A stretch of DNA of 64,000 nucleotides from the human T2T-CHM13v2.0 reference genome, Homo sapiens, in NCBI RefSeq assembly GCF_009914755.1, contig NC_060936.1. One strand, 5' to 3'. The notes under the pieces were generated by a model. That model saw only the letters and a program-made list of their open reading frames with translations. It searched no databases and was not told the origin of the DNA. Positions 14,775 through 27,150 of the stretch are shown one piece after another. How positions within the stretch are numbered: the stretch's first letter is position 1; the number at the start of each line of letters is the position of its first letter. The translations under genes and the position numbers were made by a program.

Positions 14775-15225
14775 ATATCAGTTAGGATAGGCTAGGGGAT
14801 GCTACATTAACAAATAACCCTAAAATTTCAATGACTGAAAATGAAGTTTACTTCTTGTTTATGCTGTATGTCTATCATGTATTAGGTAGGGCACTATTCT
14901 CTTTTGTCCTCACCCCAGGACCCAAATTGTCTATAGAGCAACCAATATCTGGAAGATATGGCAGTCTTCCGGATAATGGTGCTCTATCAATTTGCCACGT
15001 GGAAGATGACTGCCATTCCTTGTTCCAAGAAACAAAGGAAAAGAGCAGCAAATCTTGTGCTGTCTCTTACAGCTTCTACCTGGAAGAGACAGGCATCACT
15101 TCTGTTTACACTTCATTGTTCACAGCAAGTCACATGATCAAACCTAACTTCAAGGAGACAAGAAAGTGAAATCCTACCCTGTACTAATACAAAATCAAAA
15201 ATATTTAGTGAACAGTTTCTTCTGT
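14775..15225 (-). mobile_element. Old MaLR LTR (MLT1K/L-like)
   Basis: tatcagttaggataggctag...aacaaataaccctaaaatttcaatg...gcaagtcacatgatcaaacctaacttcaag. Confidence 0.7.
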
Positions 15226-15229
15226 CATA

Positions 15230-16170
15230 GCTGTTGGTATGGTTTATTAAAATTAAATTTTTTATCTTAATTTTAAATTTAATTGACTTGCTAAATTATT
15301 GTGTTAGTTCTAACGGTCTTATTTTGTTTCATAGTTTTATTTTGTTCATTTAAAGAAACTAAACTAACATAGTTAACCCTATTGTACAGGTTCCTAAGAT
15401 CATATGGCTAATGAACTGTGAAAATCAAATTTGAGGCCAGATTTCTCTGCCTTCAAAATCCATTTTCTTCCCACTACAAAATCATTTAATATCTCGTAAC
15501 ATTTAGTATTTAGTTCCTTAATCCATTTGGAAGAGTCTGACTTATTTTCTCTTGAAATTGTATGGTAAATATGCCACCACTGTGTACAAATGATGACAGT
15601 TTTGTGTCTTGCTGCCCAATCCTTATGCTCTTCACTTCATTCCTTTGTGTGTTTAGGTGTGTTACCGTGCTGATTAAAAATTACAGTATAATGTTGAAGA
15701 AATTATAACTAGCAATTAAAATGTGAATTTTTGTGAATTTAATCAGTGTAACATATCTCATTTTTATATTAGTTTGCATTTCCTCAATTACTAGTGAAAT
15801 TGAGCTTTTTTTTCTAGATGTTCTTGGCCACACAACTTTCCCTTTTGTGAATTGTCAATTCACACCCTTTGCTTTTTTTCTATTGCATTGTTTGCCTTTT
15901 TCTGCTGGTTTGTGAGAATGCTTATATATTCAGATACTAATCCTTTGTTAGTTAAATACATTGAAATACCTTCTTACATTGTGTCTTTGTCTTAGGAAAG
16001 TTTTACGTTTTAACATAGTCAAAATTTCTTCCTTTATGTTTTGAGTTTTTGTCTTTTTTAAAGAGATACTCACTATGAAAAAATTACATATAACATTTTT
16101 CCATATTTCTTCTAAATGGTTTCCATTTTTATGTTCACATTTAGTTCCTTAATGCATTTGGAATTGACCT
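15230..16170 (-). mobile_element. Old L1M fragments carrying an inserted local duplication
   Basis: tttgcatttcctcaattactagtgaaattgagc, tatattcagatactaatcctttg. Confidence 0.65.
15356..15499 (+). repeat. Direct-repeat copy A of ~145 bp (copy B at 16511-16664)
   Basis: 15381-15465 is identical to 16536-16620 (85 bp); the flanks align with mismatches. Confidence 0.95.
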
Positions 16171-16419
16171 ATGAGCTCTGTATGGTTGGGATCCTCTGGG
16201 GGAAGGGAGAGTGGGTAAAAGCAAGAGTTAGAAGCATTTCTTAAGAGAAGCATTTCTTTAGAAGCATTCACTCCACACCAACATACTGACCGTGAAAAAC
16301 GTTTTTATGAAGAATGTTAATTACCTCTCTCAGAACACCTAATTTTCTGCAGAGCATAGTTTAGGAAATTCTGAAACCAGTGAATTCTATCTAAATTTTG
16401 AAAGACAGGAGGGAAACCA

Positions 16420-16664
16420 ACAATTCAGTGACCCCTAAGTGAAAAACATTATGTTAGTTTAGGTATGTTCCCGTAACTCATTTCATCCTCAAAAAAAAAA
16501 AAAAAAAAAAAAACTAAACTAATATTATTAATCCCATTGTACAGGTTCCTAAGATCATATGGCTAATGAACTGTGAAAATCAAATTTGAGGCCAGATTTC
16601 TCTGCCTTCAAAATCCATTTCCTTCCATTTTCTTCCCACTACAAAATCATTTAGTATATTGTAA
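16420..16664 (-). mobile_element. MIR (contains duplication copy B, 16511-16664, and an A-run)
   Basis: aactcatttcatcctca...attattaatcccattgtacag...cctaagatcatatggctaatgaact (antisense MIR). Confidence 0.7.
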
Positions 16665-19659
16665 GGCTGAAGCACAAATTAATACATTAGGATTTTAAGA
16701 CAAAGTGAGAACCAGAAAAGAGAGAAGGAGGCTCTGGTAGAAGGTAATGGCTACTTGCTTTTAAATACATAAGCAAACTACATCTCTTTAAGTGTCACCT
16801 AGACTGTATGATTATTTTGAAGTTAAAAACATGTGCTAGGATTCAAGTTATATAGACCTGAGTTTAAACCTGCTTATACCAAGCAAGCTATTTTCCTAAC
16901 CTCAGTAAAAGGGGGATAATAACAGCTACTACACAAGACTGCTGGGTGGATTACATGAGTTACATGGAAAAGGCATCCAGCACTCTGTTTGATACGTAAT
17001 AGACCCTGAAATGTTAGTTCCTTTAAACCTCAATTGTATACATATGTATCCAGAAACCTTCACAGGGTCTCTACAGCCTGAAGAATACTGGAAGCCATCG
17101 TCTGCTCTTGCTTTCCTTTTGTTTTCTTCTCTGTTTCTTCTCTGCCTCTGCCTCAGGCAACACTTTGTTGGTAATACTGGACCCACTGTATAACCAGGTA
17201 TCCTGTTATTAATTATGACTAGGTTCAGCCCAGTGGAGCTAAATTACTTTCATAAGGCCAAATCAGCACCAGAATGAGTCACCAACACACTGAGACAGTT
17301 TTCCTCCTCCCCCAGGGTTTGCTCCACAGTGGACACAGCTGCCTTCGGGTTCTTAGAGGTTAGAGGGTTACTGAAGAGTGACTGAGAGTGACCTCGGATA
17401 TCTTGTTGCTTGCCCTCCTGCAGCATCCCATAAATGAACAAGTTGGCATCCATCGGGAATTAGCTGGGTCATACCAGGACAAGGAAAAATGTTATATTGA
17501 TTCTGTCTCTGGTTCTACTCAAACCTGCTTCTTTCCTGTAAATTTCTCTCTCATTCTTTCTTTCTCTCAGTTCTCTTTTTTAAATGTTTCTCCCCTCCAT
17601 CTGGTATTTTCCTTCTCTTCGTTCTCCCCTGTGACATCTGCCATCTCCACCCTATTCCCATTCTCCTCCTCATCTCCTCCTTCTTTCTTGTTCTGTTCAA
17701 AAATAATAATAATAACAACAACCATAATAAGTAGTTGCCTGCTGATTGTACTGCAGGAACATAGACTGCTTCCATTCGTGATCACAGGTGGCTTCCCAAG
17801 TCCCGCCAGCCTGGCGGCTGAATTTTTGGGTCATAGTGAGGCAGGTAGGTAGGAGGGTGTGAGTGATAAAATGTCCAGTACAGTCAAATGCATTGTAGCT
17901 CCTTACATTTATGTTGCTAATGCACTCCAAGCCAATCACAATAAAGTTTCCAATGGAAAATCATCAAATTCAGTCTATAGAGATTAAGACTGTGACATCA
18001 TCTCCTGATTTTATATCTACCCAGCTTTTGTTCTATGAATAAACAGGCTTCTGCTTTTCATATCTGTGAAAAACAGATACGCTAAAAATTATACAGGGAT
18101 GCCCAGGGAAGCCTGCATCTACCCAGACAAATTGTCTAGTGGAGATACCCAAAGTAGTTAATGCAGGAGTGGAAGTTCTTACTTTTTCATACATAGCAAT
18201 TTAAGAACTGACTCACATATAATTATCTCAAACTCTACTTAATTCTTCCTATGATTTTTACGTTACTCTTCTAAATTGTATTTACTCAATATTTTTATTG
18301 AAATCCTATTTTTCTTAACATATTTGTATATGCGTTTTTGTTGTAAGTCATTTCAAATCTTTTATGGAACAGCATGAGTTTTAAAAAAGAAAAACAAATA
18401 AATGAAGCAATAACTTCTGCCTTTATCCAATCATCTATACCATATGTCTTGATGTGTAATCTGACTTTTAGCTCAGATTTTTTTCATGTTAGCACTTCAT
18501 TTGACCTCATAAGAGTATCTCATTTAAGAATATTAATAGAAGATGTACAAGCTTCATTTTACCAGGGTTATACAAGCAGTCTTAATTTAAATTCTATATG
18601 TGAAGAATAGATTTAGAAAAACATCAACACAAAGTGGATATCTATAAGACACTATTCTAAGCTAAGTATTCTGGCTTTAAAATTCTTGTTTTGACATAAA
18701 CTATCCAGGTGTAGTATTTCAAACCAAGATTAAAGGCATGAATAAAGCAAGCATTAATTGTCAGCCTAGCCTCTATTAGTTATGACCAGTCCTCAAGGAC
18801 TCTGTTATTAATAATGAAATTCTTAACAAGGAAAAAAGTTTCCTCACAACCTGGTTTCTCCTGGTTTCTATTGTTCATGGAAACTCTGATCTAGAAAATT
18901 CATCAGTATTTGTGAACTAAAGCAGAGAATTGTTTACTTATATCTCTCTCTTCTATGTTCATAAGGGTTAGAGAATCCTTTTCACCATAGTGCCCCCCAG
19001 CATCTAGCAATGTCTCCGTCACGAAGAAGGCCATGGACTCTGCACTCAGGGTATCTGATTATAATCCTAGCACCGCCATTTGTCATCTGTACACTGGAGA
19101 GCAACCTGCTTAAACTCTCTGTGCATTAGCTTTTTCATCATACAGAAAATGTAACCATTCTTAGAAATTAAAACAATGCATGGCTTATAGAAAATATTCA
19201 AATATTCAAAAATATTCAAAATGTAAACATATGGGTGGAAAAATTAAACATTTATGTAACTACATAATGACATTTCTTAATTGCATTTGTGAATCTCTGA
19301 AATTCTCAGATATAGATGCTTGGGGAAAGGTCCTTATTAGCGACTACTAGTTACTCCAGCTGACATGATCAACTGGTTGATGACACCCTTCCCAGGCATG
19401 AGAGTGCTGCCAGAAACTAATCAGTGGCAAGAGTTGTGTCTCTTAAATTCAAGCCTACTCCAGCCATGGCAAGAGTCCCAAAAATAACAGCTTCTAATTG
19501 CATTTCATAATCAACTGGGTTCTTTATATGGACAATACACACACAGAGAGACAGAGACACAGAGAGAGAGAACAGCAACATAACCAAAAGGATAGGTTTA
19601 CCATCAGTCCTATATTGGGATTCCCCATTCTTCTATTCATTAATTAAGTGTCCTTGGGA

Positions 19660-19900
19660 AAGTTAAACTCATTAAGCCTCAACTTTCCCTTGTAAAATGG
19701 GAATAATATCTACTTTGAGGACTGGTAATTATAAAAATAAATGAAACAATGTATGTAAATAACCTATAGTTTGTTTGTTTGTTTGTTTGTTTTTTGAGAC
19801 CGTCTTGCTCTGTCACCCAGGCTGGAGTGCAATGGCGCCCTAGTGTTTCATACATATGAAGTATTTACTAAGTAGGAGCTACTGTTATTATTATTATCAT
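19660..19900 (+). mobile_element. MIR interrupted by an Alu fragment
   Basis: gcctcaactttcccttgtaaaatgggaataatatctac...gtatgtaaat. Confidence 0.7.
19770..19838 (-). mobile_element. Severely 5'-truncated Alu (~45 bp of body) with a (TTTG)n tail
   Basis: tttgtttg...tttttgagaccgtcttgctctgtcacccaggctggagtgcaatggcgc. Confidence 0.9.
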
Positions 19901-21970
19901 TGACATCGTCATTACCCCAAATTCTGAGAAAGTTTTCATTAAGAGGGAGACATAACATTGGTTACAAAATAATCTTATTTTACTTATGAAGAAAAAAAGT
20001 TTAGCAATCTTAATCCTTAATGGAATTTCTGATGTTACAATTGCCACCTAGCATTCCCTAAAATTTAAAAAGTTGATAAGTTCACATTCGTTTGTATTGT
20101 GGATAAAAGTTCAAAGTACTAATTAGATAAGAGGGTGCCCTGATTCTTCCAGATGACTGGGTCAGAGTGACTGGTTGTTTGGGTGGTGTTATTATTAATA
20201 ATGGCAATAATTATTTAGCCCTTTAATGTCCCGTAATTGCAAGTGAAGCTTCCACTAAAATGCCACATCAAAAACATTTTTTTTTTTTTGCTTATGCATT
20301 CAGTTTCTTTGTTCACCCCAAGCACAGTCTATAGGTATCAGTATACATAATGATCCTTCTCTTCATGCACCTTTTGCTTTGAACAATTCCTTCCAGTACA
20401 TTTGGTTGGAAGGTAATAGGCCTGTATAATATTTCTAAGGAAGGGGAGGGAAGGGATTTACAGGGAGGAGTTGAAGGATGTCAGTACAGCCAACCCAAAG
20501 GAAAGTGGGGTAAAGGAGATTTTATTTGCAGCCTAAGATCTTATAAAAGATTTCTTTGTCTGAGTGTGTTGAAGAAGGGCACCTTGGCCCTTTAAGGGAA
20601 TCTAACAGGCAATGTGAGGACAAGTCAAAAAAAAAAAGCACAAGTGAATCTCATCCAGAAGTAAATATCTGAATATAAAAGAGGCCAAGCTAGGCTGTAC
20701 AGAAGTATATAAAGGATATGTACTGTAATCAAGTCTTCCTGGATATTTTCCAGGCTCAATTCTGTGTTATTGTGGTAGTAATTTCATTAGTCATTTCTGT
20801 AACTACGACTTTGATACTCACTCAGTGTACAACTATTTTTTTAAGCCAACCTACACTAGTTCCTTATTTCAGTTTGCAAATTTTTTTTAGTAAGTTTTCG
20901 ACTTCTGGTTTGAAGATTTAGTCTCTGAGTAAAATTCTTAAAGACTGTTCAGATGCTTTGACAGCCAAAAATGCTTTACTTTTATCTGTCATCAAAGCAG
21001 CAAGATATACTAGCATCCTGTTTTCAATGTGTATTAACTTCATTCAATAAGTCTTTCACTTAATGTGTTCTTCCTGGATGTCTACGAGTGTCTATGACTG
21101 TCACTATGCATGAAACCAAGCCTAATATGACCTTTGCCCTACTATCCCAAGGCTGAAGCTTTTCCTGCGAGTCTTGATATTTTCAGAAATGCATAATGTC
21201 TTCTTGCCAACTACTTTGAACATTGTTCACCTGGCGCGAGTTGGAGACACTTTCAATCATTCTTCATCACTCTGACCCAGACTGTCAGAGTGAATAAAGC
21301 ACAAGGGAAGAAATGACAGAGACAGTTTTAGAAGCCGGGGCTCCAAAATGAGGATGAGAGAACTGAAGTACTGCCGTAGATAATTCAGTCACTGACTCCC
21401 TTTCCTGTTAAATACCCATGGGATTTGGAAGTCCTACAGAGTCTTGAAAACTCTCGTTTTTAAAGTGGTCCAATAAAGTCATTCACACTTGATGAACTGC
21501 AGGGAACAGTCAGTTGCTGCTGAAGAAGTGGAATTTCTTATGGCTTTATACTTAGAGAAGAAAGGAGTAGAAACACTAAGTCTTTTGTGATCATTCTTGG
21601 GTCATAAACATTTTTTTATAAAACTACTTCAGTTACAAGTAAATGTTGTTGGTTTTGATAAAAGATTAGAAGTCTATGAGTGATACTTTGATGGTAAGCC
21701 ATATCATTCATTAATAATGTACACAGTGGCACTCAGTTTCTAAAGCCATTTCCCTGGTGACATAAAAATCTTTCTTAAGTTGTTCCACAGTCCTCATTCT
21801 TATTATCTTCAAATATAACCTTGATGAACATCAATGCCTACATAGAGTGTGGACATTATTAGAAAATGCCCTATGTCCTAGCAACTAATAGAGAGCAGTG
21901 TTTTATTTTTGAGGCTCTAGTTGCTACTCTGCTATAATTATCTGATAAAAATCTAAAGAATATTGAACCT

Positions 21971-22267
21971 GGCTGGGGATGGTGGCTCACCTCTGTAATC
22001 CCAGCACTTTGGGAGGCCAAGGCAGGCGGATCACTTCAAGTCAGGAGTTCAAGACTAGCATGGCCAACATAGTGAAACTCCATCTCTACTAAAAATACAA
22101 AAATTAGCCAGGCATGGTGGCGGGCGCCTGTAATCCCAGCTACTCAGGAGGCTGAGGCACTAGGATCACTTGGACCTGTGGGGTGGAGGTTGCAATGAGT
22201 CAAGATCATACCACTGCACTCCAGCCTGGATGACACAGTGAGACTCTGTCCAAAAAAAAAAAAAAAA
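21971..22267 (+). mobile_element. AluS (Sx/Sz-like)
   Basis: Full dimer; diverged TSD ...attgaacct / ...aatgagcct. Confidence 0.95.
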
Positions 22268-22897
22268 TGAGCCTGCAAAGCTCAGACTTAGAGAAATAGA
22301 AATAATTTGCAATAGTTTGTTCTAAGTTAGACATGAGCCTAATAAGACTGTTGTTTTGAAATACAAACTCTTTTATTCTAGAAGTAAAATACAAAAATTC
22401 TTAGGTAAATTTCAGTTTTGTAAACATATTATGAATTTGGTTATATTTTCTCTATGTTTCAGAGGTATTACACTTAATCATAAAGTATATGTTTTATTTT
22501 TTCAAGAATGTAAAAGTTATTTTCATATTTTAAATAATACCATGTTCAATAAAGTTAAGTTTGCGCATTTAGCCCATTTTTACTAAGGATTGTAACGACA
22601 TATTGTGAGTTAGTTAGAAAGAACTCTCCAAAAGACACATCAAATTAGTTTCAGGATTAAGTAAAGAATCTTACTCTAAGTAGAGAATCTTACTCTAACT
22701 AAGTAAAGAATCTCTAACTATACTTACTCTTTTAACCAGGATGGCAAACATGTGTTTAGCTTACAGTTTTAAACTCTTATTGATCCAAAATCAATAGCTT
22801 GTGTTTAAAAGTACTATCTCAAAGACATAAATTATAAAAATGTAAGGGAGTGTGATCTGACAATATTTGGTATATATTTTTCCCTTCTCTGGAAGCT

Positions 22898-22900
<3 letters not shown>

Positions 22901-22948
<48 letters not shown>

Positions 22949-22990
22949 CATTATATATATTGCATTATATATATACATATATATATTTAG
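22901..22990. repeat. (TA)n microsatellite with degenerate extension
   Basis: Pure atatat run 22901-22948, then gcattatatat units. Confidence 0.95.
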
Positions 22991-23537
22991 AGCAATGCTT
23001 ATTAAATTAGGATCAGTGGAAGCTCTGAAATTGTATGACAAAATATGAGCATACATATGTTGGTTAGAGGGAGAAAGAGGATGACAGAGCATATATATAT
23101 TGAGTCATTTCTATATGACAGGCCCTGTCCAAGGCACTGGAAATACAGTCTTAACAAGACAAGAGTTCCTGACTTCAAGTAGCTTATATTCTTGTCAGGA
23201 AATATAGGCAATAAAAATATAAGCAAATAAATAAATTTCAGAAATATATCCTGGAATGAAAGCTCTGGGATTCCAAAAATTTAAGTTTAAACTAATAAGA
23301 ACTCGAAATCAGAAAAGGACAAAAACAAGAGATACAGACGAACACAAGCATGAGCAGAAAAGGACACCAAAGACTGCTCTTAGAATTATTAAATACAACA
23401 TATAAAAGAACATGAATAAAATGTTTCCATTTTACTAAAATAAATGATCAAAAACTGATCAAGGAAGAAGTGACACTTAGAAATAGCCATAAAGAATTAA
23501 GAGAGACTCAACATTTGAGAAGAAGAAATAAATGATT

Positions 23538-23844
23538 GGCCAGGCACGGTGGCTCATGCCTGTAATCCCAGCACTTTCAGAGGCCGAGGCAGGTGGATCA
23601 CGAGGTCAGGAGTTCAAGACCAGCCTGGCCAAGATGGTGAAACCCTGTCTGTACTAAAAATACAAAAATTAGCCAGGCATGGTGGCAGGTGCCTGTAAGA
23701 CCAGCTACTCAGGAGGCTGAGGCAGAGAATTGCTTGAACCCAGGAGGCGGAGGTTACAGTGAGCCAAGATGGCTCCATTGTACTCCAGCCTGGGCGACAG
23801 GGAAAGACACCGTCTCAAAAGAAAAAAAAAGAAAAGAAAAGAAA
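23538..23844 (+). mobile_element. AluSg-like
   Basis: ggatcacgaggtcaggagttc diagnostic; TSD aagaaataaatgatt (23523-23537) / aagaaagaaatgatt (23845-23859). Confidence 0.95.
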
Positions 23845-24103
23845 AAGAAAGAAATGATTGAAGATGGAGTTTCAACAAATGAGTGGCACATGAGAACAGA
23901 GAGAATGAACTAGAAGCTAGATCTGAAGATATTACCTAGACTGCAGCACAGAGAGAAAACAACTAAGACTATATGAAAGAACAGAGAAAATGAGACATTC
24001 TGGCATGCCTATCATTGAATCTCAGAAGGAAAGAACATTTTAAAATACAGAAGGGATCAGTTCAAGAAGAAAATCCTGAAAATGTTTCAGAATTGATAAA
24101 AGA

Positions 24104-25195
24104 CATATATATATTAAAAGACATATGTATATTTTATATATAGTATATTGCATATTATATTATATAGTGTATTGTATATTATATAATACATGTAATATAT
24201 AATATACACAATTATATATTATATATTACATATTATACATTACATTACATATTATATAATATATTACATATTACATATTATATAATATATTACATATTAT
24301 ATAATATGTAATATATTACATATTATATAATATGTAATATATTACATATTATATAATATGTAATATATTACATATTATATAATATATAATATATTACATA
24401 TTATATAATATGTAATATATTACATATTATATAATATATAATATATTACATATTATATAATATATAATATATTACATATTATATAATATATAATATATTA
24501 CATATAATATATTACATATTATATAATATATAATATATTACATATAATATATTACATATTATATAATATATAATATATTACATATTATATAATATATTAC
24601 ATATTATATAATATATAATATATTACATATTATATAATATATTACATATTATATAATATATAATATATTACATATTATATAATATATTACATATTATATA
24701 ATATATAATATATTACATATTATATAATATATTACATATTATATAATATATTACATATTATATATTATATAATATATTACATATTATATAATATATAATA
24801 TATTACATATTATATATTATATAATATATTACATATTATATATTATATATTATATATTACATAATTATTACATATTACATATTATATTATATATTACATA
24901 TTATATATTATATATTATATATTACCTATTATATAATATATTACATATTACATATTATATTATATATTACATATTATATATTATATTATATATTACATAT
25001 TATATATTACATATTATATATTATATATTACATATTATATATTATATTATATATTATATATTACATATTATATATTATATATTATATTTTATATTATATA
25101 TTATATTTTATATTACATATTATATAATATATTATATAATATATTATATTTTATATTACATATTATATATTATATTTTATATTTTATATATATAG
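24104..25195. repeat. ~1.1 kb TA-rich compound minisatellite
   Basis: Units built from taatatatta, catattata and taatata/tattata; almost G-free on the + strand. Confidence 0.97.
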
Positions 25196-26526
25196 GAAGT
25201 TCCATATATATCAAGCAGGATAAACAAGTGAGGTTCACTTGGGGCATACACATTAAGTGGGATAAACAAGTGAGGTTCATTTGGGTTCATCTGGGCATAT
25301 TTTACAAGGCTACAGAATGCCAAGGACAAGAAAAGAAACTTTGCGGGAGATACAAAAGACAGATCATTTACCAGAAATGATGGCTACGGTGGAAGCTGAA
25401 AAACTGAGCATCTTCCACAGCCTCATTGTGGCTTCCATGGCAGCCACAGTAAGGTCCTGAGGTGCACAGGATCTAGAGGAAGAAGCAATGTATTGGGATA
25501 ATCATTTTTAAGTGGGCATATTTTACAAGGCTACAGAATGCCAAGGACAAGAAAGGAAACTTTGATTTCAGGAATCAAGTTAAGTAAGAAGTGAAAGTAA
25601 ACCTGCAAAACAGAGAACAAAGATGATAAACCGGAAGTTTCAAAAGACGTAGTTTAAGGTTTTGAGATGAGAGGGAAAAATTGCATATGAGAAGTTATGA
25701 TTTTTAATGAGATTTGTACTTCTGATGATTATGATGTTGAATGTAGGGTGAGAGGCATGATGGAAAGGGCTTTCAATTAACCCTTCAAGTGGCAAATGAT
25801 TTGAAATTAAAAACATCAAGAATCAGTATTTTGAGTATGGTACTAAGAGTGTCTCATAAAGTTATGAACAAACTTTGGAGATGGGTGAGTAGAGGAATAA
25901 AAGTTGTTTACAATTCTTGAGAACTTCCTTTAATATACTCTCTAGAGTGATGCTACAGTTTTTCTGTGAAATCCATGTCCTTGATTCCAGTTCATACTCA
26001 CTTAAAGGACATGTAGACTTCATGAGTACCACATTTCATGTGCTCTCTCATGACAGACCCAAATATTTGTGGTATGGACTGCTAAAGTAGCAGGGTGGGG
26101 CCCAAGGCTAAGAAATGGAGAAAAGGAGAGAATGTTCAGAACCAGCTTGAAAAGAGTGGCAAAGTAGGAAAAATTTGCCTTTAGTGTCATTCAGTCTCCT
26201 AAGACTTCACCCTAACCTTTTATTCAAGCCATCAGCTACCAAACCTCTTGCTCATCTTCTTCCTCCCATCACTGAAACTTATCTCTACCTTTTACCCATT
26301 CCTTTCAAGGAGTCATCTAGCTAACCCAGTAGCTCTCAAATTATGCTAGGATGAAACTGTAAAATTCAGATGATCCTTTGCTAAGTTAGCAGTTATTTTC
26401 CTCAATTTGCAATAATAGTAATAAAAGTAATAATACTGACTAGAGTGTTTTCAATTTAAAGTTATTTGCCACACATTTTCCTCAATTTGCAATAACAAAA
26501 TAAAAGTAATAATATTGTCTAGAATA

Positions 26527-26569
26527 TTTTCAATTCAGAAACCACAATTACTTTTGCACCAATCTAATA
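26527..26569. mobile_element. MADE1 (Hsmar1 MITE) half-element
   Basis: aaaccacaattacttttgcaccaatctaata matches the Hsmar1 TIR (aaaccgcaattacttttgcaccaacctaa) and ends in TA. Confidence 0.85.
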
Positions 26570-26959
26570 TTTACCACACATTTTCCTTAAAACCTGTGAT
26601 CTCCCCCTCAGCCCATCTACATAAAATTATAGTAGCATGACATGGCATCTGATGTGGCTTGAAATCACATAATTATGAAATCACATAATTACTGGAAGGT
26701 TAGTATGTTCATGCTTCATTGTATTACACAAAAAAGCACTGTGACTTTTGGACGTTTGCATTCAGTATAATTTTGAGACCCTTGAAAATGGAACCTCTGA
26801 CAGGAATCTAACCTCTGGCATAGACAAGAATATCCTCAAGCATTCAGAAACCTCCTAAAGACAAAGTATTTCCTCCAATTAAATGAAAATTAGCACATCA
26901 AGAGAGATAAGTTGGGGGACCACTGGTACTTCTAACTCCGTGTATGAGATTGCCAGCTA

Positions 26960-27150
26960 CTTCCTCCAACAGTTGTAGCAGTGTGGAAGGAGTACAAGCT
27001 TCAGAAGCAGGTTATTTCCAAGCTCTGATACTTGGAGCAAGTTGCTTAACATCCGTGAGCTTCAGTTTCCTTGTTAACACAAAGATAGTAATCCTGTTTC
27101 AGATTGTTCTAAGGACTGTATCAAATGATGTAATGATTCAGAACACACAG
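26960..27150 (+). mobile_element. MIR
   Basis: gcaagttgcttaacatccgtgagcttcagtttccttg. Confidence 0.6.

Larger units (their letters stand above)
23270..25380 (+). mobile_element. Old L1M ORF1-region relic, interrupted by an Alu and the TA minisatellite
   Basis: gaactagaagctagatctgaagatattacctagactgcagcacagagag; ctgaaaatgtttcagaattgataaaagac resumes after the repeat as aagcaggataaac. Confidence 0.7.

Noticed and set aside
17388-17852. 154-aa hydrophobic ORF
   Set aside because: The F/S/L richness comes from the pyrimidine tract and the I/T run from an (AAT/AAC)n repeat; non-ATG start.
21490-21700. Protein-looking frame (EQSVAAEEVEFLMALYLEKKG...) with stops, ending at a GTAAG donor
   Set aside because: No recognisable family and two in-frame stops; a pseudogene call needs a tBLASTx hit.
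24104-26590. Repeat-spacer-like patterns suggesting CRISPR or a prokaryotic system
   Set aside because: The sequence is primate; the repeats are tandem or two-copy, with no unique spacers and no cas-like ORFs.
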